From: a virus
DNA length: 64,000 bases
Strand: one strand, 5' to 3'
IMG/VR virus record: IMGVR_UViG_3300045450_000145
Coordinates: 119,547 to 183,546 of that record
Numbering within the stretch: position 1 is the stretch's first letter; the number at the start of each line of letters is the position of its first letter. A model generated the notes under the pieces. The model searched no databases. It saw nothing but the letters and a program-made list of their open reading frames with translations, and was not told the origin of the DNA. Below are positions 17,434 to 27,020 of the stretch, one piece after another. A program made the position numbers and the translations under genes.

Positions 17434-19365
17434 TTAAACTGCTGCGAAACCCATTACAACAACGCGGCAAGCGATTGCAGAGTTGAAGGTAACGGTTAGG
17501 TTGTTGTTATCACCGAAGATAATAGCCTGTGGGATAACGACGTTGTCTGTAGAGTCGACAACTGTAACGTTACAGTACTTAACACCTAGGTTGTGGGCAA
17601 CTGCGTGAGATGCGGCAGCTGTGGAACCATCGTATAGGAAGTATAGTTTACCTAGACGTGAGTTGACACCATCAACGCGACCACCAAGTGCAGTTTCTGC
17701 TGCGGTAGCACGAGTGACTTCGTCTGCTAGATCACCTTCTACTTCAGTGATTGCAGCTTCACGAGCAGCAGCTTCTGCATCAACGCGTCCGCCAAGTGCA
17801 GTTTCAGCAGCTAGAGCACGATCACGTTCGGTTGTGACAGCTTGAGTTGCTGCAGCGTCGCCAGCTTCACGAGCGGTAACTTCTTCATCAACACGAGCAC
17901 CTAGAGCAGCTTCAGCAGCCTTTGCACGGTCTGCTTCTACCTTGATAGCCGCATCACGGGCAGTAACTTCACCGGCGATAGCATCAATGCGAGCTTGAAC
18001 TTCGTCGTCGATACGGTCGTCTAGACCAGCTTCTGCGGTTGTAGCGCGATCTTCTTCAGCTGCAATAGCTGCGGCGTTGTCGGTGATTTCCTTACGAACT
18101 GCAGCTGAAACAGCGATGTTATCAGCAGTAACGGTAATAGAACCATCGGTGTTGCCTACGTTAACTGTGTTACCAGATAGTGATAGACCGGCACCAGCGA
18201 CGAAGGAAGAAGCACCAGAGAATGGAACAACTTCGGTGCCGTTGAAGGTGTAACCGACGTCATTTGTGCGGTTGAAGAATGCGGCACCGTCAACTAGAGC
18301 TTCACCGGCATCTAGTGCGCCGTCTCTAACGGTAAAGATTCTGTTTAGGGTGGTATCGACAATACGGTAACCATCTGGCTTACCTGCGACGTTAGCTGCA
18401 GCGTCAGTAGCAATTAAGTCGACCGGGTATTCCCATGATAGACCAACTAGAGCAGAAGCTAGTTCACCACGGATTGCAGCTTCAGCAGCAGTTGCGCGGG
18501 TAACTTCATTGCCTAGAGCAGTTTCAACTGCAGTCACTGCAGTTGTACGGTCTGAGATTTCAGTTGCTAGGTTTTGCGCAACAGTGTTAACTGCAGCTGT
18601 GCGGTCAGAGACTTCAGTAGTAATACGGCCATCTAGCGCTTGTTCAGCAGCAGTAGCACGTGCTTCTTCGTCGTCGATACGATCGCCTAGAGCTTCGTCA
18701 CCAGTAATGCGAGCTTCACGTTCGGTAACAACTGCCGCGGCGTTAGCAGCTTCAGCAGCCTTTGCGCGAGTTTCTTCTGCATCAACACGTCCACCAAGTG
18801 CGGTATCAGCAGCTTCACGAGCAGCAGCTTCTGCATCAACGCGTCCGCCGAGTGCAGTTTCAGCAGCAGTAGCACGAGTTTCTTCTGCATCAACTAAACC
18901 TTCGATGCGTGTTTCTTCGCCGGTTGCGCGAGTAACTTCTGCAGTAACTAAACCTTCAATACGGGTTTCTTCACCAGTAGCGCGAGTAGTTTCAGCAGAA
19001 ATAGCAGTTGCATTAGCTGCAGCTAGAGCTTGAAGCTTTTCAAATAGGTTTGTGATGCTGGTTGAATCAGCTAGAGTGCCAGTTAGAGCAGCTGCGTTGA
19101 ATGAACCATCGGCATTAACTAGGCCACCTAGGGAAGCTTCGATGCGATTGATTTCTTCAAGGATGCTATCAGCATTACCGCCGGTAGCTAGTGAGATCCA
19201 AGATGTTGCGCCACCGAGCCACATTACCTGTGTGCCAGTGACGTAAACTAAACGACCAACGTCGGAAGAACCGAAGGTTGGAAGTGATGATAGCTTTTCT
19301 ACGCGCAGGTTTTCAATTTGTGATAAGCCTGAGTCGTCAAAGCGTAAACTACCGTTAATTTTCAT
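17434..19365 (-). CDS. Fibre/whisker-like virion protein with 18-residue coiled-coil repeats
   Basis: Ala/Glu/Arg-rich repeats such as TRATAAETALGGRVDAEE; C-terminal HNLG module; strong GCT/GCA/GAA/CGT codon bias typical of abundant proteins. Confidence 0.75.
   Translation of the reverse strand: MKINGSLRFDDSGLSQIENLRVEKLSSLPTFGSSDVGRLVYVTGTQVMWLGGATSWISLATGGNADSILEEINRIEASLGGLVNADGSFNAAALTGTLADSTSITNLFEKLQALAAANATAISAETTRATGEETRIEGLVTAEVTRATGEETRIEGLVDAEETRATAAETALGGRVDAEAAAREAADTALGGRVDAEETRAKAAEAANAAAVVTEREARITGDEALGDRIDDEEARATAAEQALDGRITTEVSDRTAAVNTVAQNLATEISDRTTAVTAVETALGNEVTRATAAEAAIRGELASALVGLSWEYPVDLIATDAAANVAGKPDGYRIVDTTLNRIFTVRDGALDAGEALVDGAAFFNRTNDVGYTFNGTEVVPFSGASSFVAGAGLSLSGNTVNVGNTDGSITVTADNIAVSAAVRKEITDNAAAIAAEEDRATTAEAGLDDRIDDEVQARIDAIAGEVTARDAAIKVEADRAKAAEAALGARVDEEVTAREAGDAAATQAVTTERDRALAAETALGGRVDAEAAAREAAITEVEGDLADEVTRATAAETALGGRVDGVNSRLGKLYFLYDGSTAAASHAVAHNLGVKYCNVTVVDSTDNVVIPQAIIFGDNNNLTVTFNSAIACRVVVMGFAAV
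17753..17811. repeat. 59-bp intragenic direct repeat, copy 1
   Basis: Matches 18809-18867 with one mismatch. Confidence 0.8.
18809..18867. repeat. 59-bp intragenic direct repeat, copy 2
   Basis: Matches 17753-17811 with one mismatch. Confidence 0.8.
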
Positions 19366-19379
19366 TATAACCCCTAGAA

Positions 19380-19607
19380 TTAAAAGATGCGTCTGGCTGC
19401 CGTAGTGAGAGCCTTAATCGCGTTGTTGAAAGAAATCGGTTCTACCGAGCTTTTACCAAGATCAAACTCATTCAGCATTGATTCGTCAACATCAGCAAAG
19501 CAGAAGATTCCTCTGTTGCCTTGCTTTTCAATCTTGTCCAGCTTGTAGCCCTTAACCTTTAGCAATGCCGCCAGAAGGATGTCACTGGTTTCAATGTGTT
19601 TTTTCAT
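19380..19607 (-). CDS. Small DUF5659-like protein
   Basis: ETSDILLAALLKVKGYKL...GIFCF...VEPISFNNAIKAL pattern. Confidence 0.55.
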   Translation of the reverse strand: MKKHIETSDILLAALLKVKGYKLDKIEKQGNRGIFCFADVDESMLNEFDLGKSSVEPISFNNAIKALTTAARRIF

Positions 19608-19643
19608 ATCTGTTCTTTCTCAATGATTTGAGATTCATGCAGG

Positions 19644-19650
19644 TATTTAT
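19644..19650 (-). promoter_or_regulatory. T4-like late promoter ATAAATA
   Basis: 36 nt upstream of ORF 19607. Confidence 0.55.
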
Positions 19651-19679
19651 CAAAATTAAAGAAAAAACAGGATAAAACA

Positions 19680-20504
19680 TTATGCTAAGTTATTGACGTG
19701 GATCATTAAGATGACGCGACCCTTGATAGGTGTGTTAAACTTGACAATGACTGTGTTCTCATCGAAGATAAAAACTGAATCGCTAAAGAGCATTTCGTTA
19801 CCTTCATCCCATACAGTTACTTGAACTCTATCTGACTTTTTGTTGTGAAAGATAGTCCATACATCCTGGCTTGTATCTTGAACGTGCTCATAGCTAATAA
19901 CATTTTCTAGAACTGTTACTTTTCCAAGTTGGCTGGCAATACTCTCAAATGCCTCTTGAACATTACTACCGACAATTGGGCTAGTTTTAGAATCATCTAC
20001 CGAAATTTGACCGGCATGGTGCTTAATTTCATTTGATGTTAAGTCTTCATGATCACTAACCGTTTGTTTTAGATCATTAAGCTCGACTTCTAATTCTTGT
20101 ACGTCAACGCCATTAATGGTGCCGCTGAGAGTTACGTCACCATCTTTAACTTGGAATTGATCTGCTTTACCTACAATTAAGCTTGATACTTCAGTAATGC
20201 CAGTATCTGCATGGAAAGTCAGCTTTGAGCCATTTACCCCATTAAGGATAAAATTCTTGCCTGCAGTTAAGTTAATAATTCCATTTGAATTATTATAAAT
20301 GTCCTGCAATGTGGCGTTAGTTGGTTCTGGGGTATCTGTATCACCAGATGACGAGCCGTCTGCAAATCTAATAGCCTTGCCATTAATGGTGAAGTTTGGA
20401 CTAACTATACCACCAATGCTGATTATCCCGCCATCTGGGATTCTCGCATATTCACCTAGCGTTTCAACTAGGTAAATTGGTTTAAAGATAGTATCACTCA
20501 TCAT
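19680..20504 (-). CDS. Virion structural/fibre protein with C-terminal HNK module
   Basis: Beta-rich middle, short coiled coil, VWTIFHNKK...VQVTVWD module. Confidence 0.65.
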   Translation of the reverse strand: MMSDTIFKPIYLVETLGEYARIPDGGIISIGGIVSPNFTINGKAIRFADGSSSGDTDTPEPTNATLQDIYNNSNGIINLTAGKNFILNGVNGSKLTFHADTGITEVSSLIVGKADQFQVKDGDVTLSGTINGVDVQELEVELNDLKQTVSDHEDLTSNEIKHHAGQISVDDSKTSPIVGSNVQEAFESIASQLGKVTVLENVISYEHVQDTSQDVWTIFHNKKSDRVQVTVWDEGNEMLFSDSVFIFDENTVIVKFNTPIKGRVILMIHVNNLA

Positions 20505-22147
20505 TTCACCTTAACTATTTGTTCAGCAGTATTATTTCCGAGTGAACTGTCAATATCTGGGCTAATTACGCCCGCCTTGATAGTAGTAGACCCGGATACG
20601 GTTGACTTCAATTTAAAGTTAACCACTTGAGTTTCTCCCTTTGCTAATGTTGATAGTATAGGAAGAGAAATAAAAGTGGATCTACCAATTCTGACTGTCT
20701 TGCTTCCTACAGGAAGACCATCTATTTCTACTGCAATGTTGTTAATATCGCTTATTGAAATGGTTCTAGTAATATTGGATGCATCTTTATTTCCACTATT
20801 AGTGACAGTGACAGAGATTGGAAACTGCTGCTTAATATTAACCTGCTCAACATTTGAAATATTGATGCCTAAGTTGGTTTTAGCATTGGCATTCACCGGG
20901 TCTGAAACGGTAATTATATTTTTCTTTAAAATTTCATTTTGCCCATAACCATTTTTAGAGACTAATCTAACGTTATATGTGCCAGCTTTACTATATGTAA
21001 AGGTAGCGTCGCGAGTAGTCGCATCGATAGTGCCATCATTATTGAAATCCCATTCAAAATTAGTTGGTGAATGCAATGACGTGTTCTTGAAATTAACAAC
21101 CAATGGTACAATACCATTGGTAACCGAGGTAGTAAAGTCAGCAACCGGTGGTAAGTTGATTGGCCCAACAGGCTGAGATGCGCTGGTTGGGAATTCACTT
21201 AAAATAGTCGGGTTCTTAATGTCGACGTAAATGCTGTCGGCATCATAAACATAACCTGCTACCTGATTCACGCCTACTGAAGGTGGGGATAATGTGACTT
21301 CACCAGTAACGCCGCAGAAGACTGGTCGACCTACAGATTCTGGCTTCCAATCCCACTGCTCATTTCTGATTAATCCACTGGTGGTAATAATGCCAACTTC
21401 ACTATTATAGAGGTCCTCCTCGACGATTCCAATAATGCGGCTCTTCCAGTCATCGCTGCGGGCTAGTACGATTCTCTTATGCGGCCTTGCCTGCACAAAG
21501 CTATATTTTGGGATATATTCTGCGGCCATACCTGAAACAATCTCGGCTTCAAACTTAACTTTTTTAGTTGCTGCGTTAATGATAGAAAGTTCGGTTGAAG
21601 ACGTTACAAAGGACCCATCTGACTGACGAAGAGGCTTATTAAATGAATCTAAAACTAAATTGCCAGTGTTAAAAGCACCGCGCTCCCCAGCTTGAGTGCC
21701 TAGGGGAAATGGTTGAATGATTGCTGACGAGGAATATGTGGCAGCAAATACTCTTAGCTTGTCAATCCACTTACTGCCATTCCAAACTTTCATCTGGCTT
21801 AAATTGGTATCAAACCAGTGTTGGTCTATAGCGGGATTTATGGGCGTGTTACCAGAGACAATTTGGGGTAACTCTGTGAAACTTCTTGTTAACGATGCAT
21901 CTAATAAATTAAGGTCCCAATATAGATATTTTGTAGTTCCTCTAGTAAAAGGACCCCATGCATTGAAGACAGTTTTAGATTCTTCTACTTCATATGTGGA
22001 TTTACGGTGTGCAAATATAATTATGGTAGGATCAGGAGACACAATCAAGTCTACGTACTCCCCGTTTTTGCTTTTTTGCAAAAAAGTTGGAGTCGCATAG
22101 ATGTCTGTCTGATACCTAGATATGCCTTGTCTAAATGTTAGTTGCAT
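20501..22147 (-). CDS. Virion structural protein with PKD and Ig-like (DUF11-like) domains
   Basis: PVADF...PLVVNFKNTS...FEWDFNNDG...TFTYSKAGTYNVRL is a PKD signature; VTVTNSG...A.N...D.NNTA Ig domain. Confidence 0.75.
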   Translation of the reverse strand: MQLTFRQGISRYQTDIYATPTFLQKSKNGEYVDLIVSPDPTIIIFAHRKSTYEVEESKTVFNAWGPFTRGTTKYLYWDLNLLDASLTRSFTELPQIVSGNTPINPAIDQHWFDTNLSQMKVWNGSKWIDKLRVFAATYSSSAIIQPFPLGTQAGERGAFNTGNLVLDSFNKPLRQSDGSFVTSSTELSIINAATKKVKFEAEIVSGMAAEYIPKYSFVQARPHKRIVLARSDDWKSRIIGIVEEDLYNSEVGIITTSGLIRNEQWDWKPESVGRPVFCGVTGEVTLSPPSVGVNQVAGYVYDADSIYVDIKNPTILSEFPTSASQPVGPINLPPVADFTTSVTNGIVPLVVNFKNTSLHSPTNFEWDFNNDGTIDATTRDATFTYSKAGTYNVRLVSKNGYGQNEILKKNIITVSDPVNANAKTNLGINISNVEQVNIKQQFPISVTVTNSGNKDASNITRTISISDINNIAVEIDGLPVGSKTVRIGRSTFISLPILSTLAKGETQVVNFKLKSTVSGSTTIKAGVISPDIDSSLGNNTAEQIVKVK

Positions 22148-22172
22148 GTTGGCCCCTTTGTAATTCCCATGA

Positions 22173-22178
22173 TATTTA
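22173..22178 (-). promoter_or_regulatory. T4-like late promoter core TAAATA
   Basis: 25 nt upstream of ORF 22147. Confidence 0.5.
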
Positions 22179-22233
22179 GGCAGGTCAAAGGTAAAACACG
22201 CGACTCTCCCCTAATCATCTAAGACCTAATTGT

Positions 22234-22914
22234 TTAGCTAACAGTAATTGTGAGGGAATACACGATAGTTAATTCTCTTGAGCCGGTGTGCTCAATTGGA
22301 GAGAATACAAGGTGTGATAGCATCAGCTCACCGGCACCATCTAGCATTGCTTGGCCTTCATTTTCCTTTGTGAATAGCCCTAATTCATCAAAAAAGAATT
22401 CGCTCTCTGGGTCTAGAGTTGCGTCAGTGTCCGCATCTGGTGTTGGAGTCGCTGATGATGCTTCATCTGATGATCTGTTTACGGCTTCATTTGCAGAAAT
22501 AACAGCAGTGATAATAACTCTAGTGCTAGTGGTACCAGGGACGGAAGAGAAGGTAACTGAATTACCGGCGCCGACGGATTGCTGTGAATCATCAACAACT
22601 TCAACGTAAGTTGGATTGTACAAATCAGCATTATCACCAGTCACATTTGGTGGCCTGAATACAATCTGTTGGGTGCTATCAATGTATGTGCCTTGGTTGC
22701 CTAACTTAAGCTTATAAATCTGATAGTTAGTGGTATTGGAAAGCCCCCGGGCGATTGCGATTGCCATATTCTTATTATGGATCGCGTTGTGCTTATCAAT
22801 TAAAACCTTGCCAGTGCTGTCTGTAATCTTAACGTGACCGTTAATGTGGGTCTTTAACGCTTCTTGCATTTCTAATTCCTTAAGATGTGATGTGTTATTT
22901 ATTAACCTAGTCAA
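22234..22914 (-). CDS. Virion structural protein (tail/baseplate associated)
   Basis: GHVKITD...N.I, ELGLF and LTIVYSLTI pattern common in myophage tail proteins; ATGA overlap with upstream gene. Confidence 0.55.
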   Translation of the reverse strand: MTRLINNTSHLKELEMQEALKTHINGHVKITDSTGKVLIDKHNAIHNKNMAIAIARGLSNTTNYQIYKLKLGNQGTYIDSTQQIVFRPPNVTGDNADLYNPTYVEVVDDSQQSVGAGNSVTFSSVPGTTSTRVIITAVISANEAVNRSSDEASSATPTPDADTDATLDPESEFFFDELGLFTKENEGQAMLDGAGELMLSHLVFSPIEHTGSRELTIVYSLTITVS

Positions 22915-25900
22915 CCCACGATAATCTTAGCAAGGGAGACTTTAGGCACACTGAATCTAAATCTATTTTTACCCAGCTTGTCAAATACTGACACGAACTG
23001 AGGCGCATCTTCTGTAGGCAGCCACACGTAAAACTTTGGATTTAGCTCATCGCTGCTGTTGAAGTAAATTTCAAATACTCTTGCAGGTAAGGCAGTTTCA
23101 AGAGGTGTTTGAAACTCGTCATATGTTTCCCCATTGAACTCATATGTTGGAATTGGTGGAAGTGAGCCAGTGTAAAAGATAGCGGTCTTCTCATCTTCTA
23201 AATCCAGCTTACCAAAGTCATATGGATTTACATCATGCTTATTACCCGCTTCATTTAGAGACATGTTCACCGCCTCTTGAATGGATGCCTTTGCTGGTGT
23301 TGGGTCTAAGTTTGTGTCAACAATGTCAATACCTAAACCTAAATTAGGGAATCCAAAATCGTCAGTTTGAATATCTGAGTTAGGGTCTTGCAATATTGCC
23401 TGACGAACTAATTCAAAATCTTCTTTTGTGACTGGCAGTTTACCTTCAAAGTAATGATTCCACTGGGATATAACATCATTCTGTTCCTGCACAGTCAAAT
23501 TGGCTTTACTTAATAATGAGAACCAATCACGAGGATAGCCCGCGTCATATCCGTCTTCATCATATGGTCTATTACCAAAGCCGGCTAGGAATCCATCAAA
23601 TGGACCGTCTTTTAATTCAGCATTAAATTGATCAAAGTTATTCTGCTTGACTTTGATTTCATTAAATGGGACAATCTTGACATTTATGGCGTCCTTAAAT
23701 AGAAAGTCTTCAAGTAAGGCACCACCGTCAATTAAGAACTTAACGCTCTCGAAGATTTGAACATTTACCTTTTCATCCCAACTATCGCTGTTAATTACTA
23801 AATTGGCTTGAGTGTTGAGAGGTAGATATTTTTCAAAGAAGTCTTTTTCCCATTCAAAGACAATAGGCTCGTTAAGATTATTTTCTTGCTGGCGCAATGT
23901 GCCTATTAGTTCGTTAGTACCAATTGCATTGAACGTATGCTTAACTGAAACATCAGAGAACTCAGCTTTAGAAATTCTACTATCAAAGTGGGTTGCCTTG
24001 AATGGAATCCAGCCTTGCAAAATAGCAGTTTCAGGGCTGGTGTTAGAAAGCGGAATGTCCTGATTTGTTTCTAAATCAATAAAGCGACGGTCGATGGTGA
24101 TAGGGTAAAGCTTAGAAATATCAGAGTTACCAGGAGTAATATTGATATTAATGCTGCCTGATTCTGTCTTCTCGACTAAAATTAAATCACCATTTTTAGG
24201 GGATTGTGATTCAACTTGAGTTTTAATATGGACAGTATTGACGGCGTTCCAAAAAGCAAAGTCAGCCGCGTTAATGTCAATTTTGACTTCATCTGCTTCT
24301 AAGTATCTAATATTAATTTTTACATTATCATCTTCAAAGAAGTTGTTATTGAAAGTGCCAATGTAGCCCTTGTCAGTTCTCCAAACGATATAATTATTAT
24401 TGGCTTTGTTTAGAATATAGGTGACAGACGGGCAGTTAGGCGTCATGGCTAAGTCAATAGTGCCTTGGTCAATTCGCCATGAGTTTGTATTAACTTGTCT
24501 AATTGCTAAGTCATTTTTATATGCAACCGCAGTTGGGGAATTAATTTTAAAACCAATCTTCCCATTCCAATAATACTTGTCGTAAGATGCAAAGCCGCTA
24601 AATCCACTGACTGAACCATAAACTAAGAATGACGGCTTGTCTTTGAATGTTTTAAATTCAAAGACATCGTCCTTAGCCAAACCTAAGCCTGTGATAATAT
24701 TGAAGTGAATGCTATTTTGCTTAAAGCTGTTACCTTCTAATAATCCCACGCCTGCAGTTTTCAAACTGGCTAAAATGGGATAACCACTAACTAACTTATT
24801 ATCTTGATAGGCTTCAACTTGATAGTCAGAATCAGATAAGAACTTTACTTTCCAGTCAGCTTCAATGCAATTATAGAAGCTGGCGCTGTGCATATCCAAA
24901 CGTGGGATACGTGAAGCCACCAAACTAACTGGCAAGTTAGTCAAATAGGGGTTATCATTTTTAACGTTAAAGCTAATTATATCGCCGCCAGTATATCCGC
25001 TATCCGTAGATACTGCGATAAATGGCTTTGTGCCGGCTGCCAATGTAAATGAAATGTCTTCTAAATCTGACTTGAATTTCTCACCAACATTTACAATGCC
25101 AAGAGAAACAGAAGTCAGGAAATTATCATCTGAATATGAAACTTGAAACTGCTTCGCGTAAAATAGTCTGATGTCGATGCTGGGATCGTCATCATTCGCC
25201 ATCGAATACAGTGGTGCGGCATCTGACTTTGGATCAGGTAAAATACCTGATGTTGCTTCTTGTAAGTCAACCGCATTAGTTGGCCCGGACTTATCTTTCT
25301 TCAGGGTGACAATTGGCTCATCACTTGGAATTGCGGATATTCTCCACTGTCTCCCGTCCTGAGCACCTTCACCAATTTTAATTTTAAGGTCATTGAGGTT
25401 AAAATCGATAAATCGGCCATCATATCCAAAGTTAATCTTTTTAAGATAATTTTGGGCAGCTTGATTGATGTTTTCATAGACGCTAACATCGTCATCGTAC
25501 GGGTCTAAATCATAACCAAAACCTAAATCGATATTCTCTGCTCTAGCTGGCGGATTGATAATTGACGCGTAGAACTTATCACCTGCATTAAACTTGTTCT
25601 TTTTGCCGGAAACAATCCTGAGCCCAATTTTCCCATCGTTAAATGGGGCATCAACGATGACTGTACCTTTGTAAGTTGAATCTGCACTGTGATAGAAATC
25701 AAAACTTTTACTATCTCTTGCAATAAAGATTAAATCACCAGATAGCATGTCCGTATCAACAAGTCTAATGGCGTTTCGAACACCTGTATCACTTTCAATG
25801 TAGCCGTAATTTTCTGATATTAAGACAGGCCGAGAGTGTGCCAGCGGGTTGGTCTTAATAATATTCCACGCCTCTAAAGGTGCAGTCTCATGAATTGAAA

Positions 25901-26996
25901 TCTTATTGCGTGGGGTAATTAGTAAGGTTTCACCAGGGTTTGCGTCGGTAATATAAGTCGTGTTAAACTTAATTCGGCTGACGTCAAATGTTTCGCCAGC
26001 GTTAAAATACCCTACTAAGCCAGATGTGCTACCAACAACCCTGTATTTTGTATCGCCTTCGGCGATAATTGACCACTCTTCATAATCGGCTTCAAAGTTA
26101 GGAGTGATATTTCTAACTCTTAAGCTTCTAGAAGAAACGTTATCGTATGCTAGTTTTCCAGATTCTCTAGATCCCATGTCAGTGTAGGTTCTAAAGAACA
26201 ATGGAGATGATAGCTTACGAAGTCTATTATAGAAGTCGTCGTAATCAATTTCTAAAATTTGATTAGCCTTGATTGCAGCGAATAGTTCCTCATATGTTTG
26301 GGGTAAGTTTGGCTCATCTAGAATTTGATAAATTAAATTGAGCTGCTTTTCTACTTCCTTATCTTTAACTAACAGGGAATCATTCTCAGCACGAATCTGA
26401 TCAATGATGTTTCTGATTTGGTTGACATTACTTGCAGAATTATCTAAGTCAAGCGCATTCTTTCTGGTGATTGCAGTTGATTCCCTAATTAAACCCTCGT
26501 CAATGCCGTTCTTCCACAGGGGAGTAAACTCACCACGGGCATCCATCGTCTGCTTAATATGGAATTCAAATGAGCCGTGATTTTCAAAATAATCAACAGA
26601 TTGAGTTAAGGGCTCAACAATATTATTAGCACGTTTAATGGAAACCTTATTAATTCCTGCGCCATCAAGCGCCTTCTTATCATAAACATAAGGCACATTT
26701 GCCATGTCTACATTTTCGCTTGCTCCAACCCTGAAGCTTTTCTGCTTAAATGACGGCTCAACTAACCTCTTTGCAGGCATAGTGCGATATAAAGAGTTGC
26801 CACTCGAGTAGAAATTATAAAGCCAAGTCGGGCTGATTTTTGCCTTAATGAAAAGGCGTTCGTCAAACTTGACGTTGACGTCATCGAAGAACTGGTATTC
26901 TTCGATGGTTTCAGTTAGCTTGCTGTGGTATGGCTTTGTGTCGAGAATGAATGAAACTAAACTCTCGATGTAAAGCGAATTTTTGTTAAATGCCAT
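22911..26996 (-). CDS. Large virion structural protein (baseplate/tail associated), 1361 aa
   Basis: Uninterrupted beta-rich ORF, GYDLDPYD-type repeats, co-transcribed with baseplate genes. Confidence 0.6.
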   Translation of the reverse strand: MAFNKNSLYIESLVSFILDTKPYHSKLTETIEEYQFFDDVNVKFDERLFIKAKISPTWLYNFYSSGNSLYRTMPAKRLVEPSFKQKSFRVGASENVDMANVPYVYDKKALDGAGINKVSIKRANNIVEPLTQSVDYFENHGSFEFHIKQTMDARGEFTPLWKNGIDEGLIRESTAITRKNALDLDNSASNVNQIRNIIDQIRAENDSLLVKDKEVEKQLNLIYQILDEPNLPQTYEELFAAIKANQILEIDYDDFYNRLRKLSSPLFFRTYTDMGSRESGKLAYDNVSSRSLRVRNITPNFEADYEEWSIIAEGDTKYRVVGSTSGLVGYFNAGETFDVSRIKFNTTYITDANPGETLLITPRNKISIHETAPLEAWNIIKTNPLAHSRPVLISENYGYIESDTGVRNAIRLVDTDMLSGDLIFIARDSKSFDFYHSADSTYKGTVIVDAPFNDGKIGLRIVSGKKNKFNAGDKFYASIINPPARAENIDLGFGYDLDPYDDDVSVYENINQAAQNYLKKINFGYDGRFIDFNLNDLKIKIGEGAQDGRQWRISAIPSDEPIVTLKKDKSGPTNAVDLQEATSGILPDPKSDAAPLYSMANDDDPSIDIRLFYAKQFQVSYSDDNFLTSVSLGIVNVGEKFKSDLEDISFTLAAGTKPFIAVSTDSGYTGGDIISFNVKNDNPYLTNLPVSLVASRIPRLDMHSASFYNCIEADWKVKFLSDSDYQVEAYQDNKLVSGYPILASLKTAGVGLLEGNSFKQNSIHFNIITGLGLAKDDVFEFKTFKDKPSFLVYGSVSGFSGFASYDKYYWNGKIGFKINSPTAVAYKNDLAIRQVNTNSWRIDQGTIDLAMTPNCPSVTYILNKANNNYIVWRTDKGYIGTFNNNFFEDDNVKINIRYLEADEVKIDINAADFAFWNAVNTVHIKTQVESQSPKNGDLILVEKTESGSININITPGNSDISKLYPITIDRRFIDLETNQDIPLSNTSPETAILQGWIPFKATHFDSRISKAEFSDVSVKHTFNAIGTNELIGTLRQQENNLNEPIVFEWEKDFFEKYLPLNTQANLVINSDSWDEKVNVQIFESVKFLIDGGALLEDFLFKDAINVKIVPFNEIKVKQNNFDQFNAELKDGPFDGFLAGFGNRPYDEDGYDAGYPRDWFSLLSKANLTVQEQNDVISQWNHYFEGKLPVTKEDFELVRQAILQDPNSDIQTDDFGFPNLGLGIDIVDTNLDPTPAKASIQEAVNMSLNEAGNKHDVNPYDFGKLDLEDEKTAIFYTGSLPPIPTYEFNGETYDEFQTPLETALPARVFEIYFNSSDELNPKFYVWLPTEDAPQFVSVFDKLGKNRFRFSVPKVSLAKIIVG

Positions 26997-27020
26997 TTAT
27001 GCTTTTCCATGTAAAGACCC

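Noticed and set aside
17621-19246. Plus-strand ORFs (e.g. 18509-19033) opposite the fibre gene
   Set aside because: Stop-free antisense frames produced by the strong codon bias of the real gene
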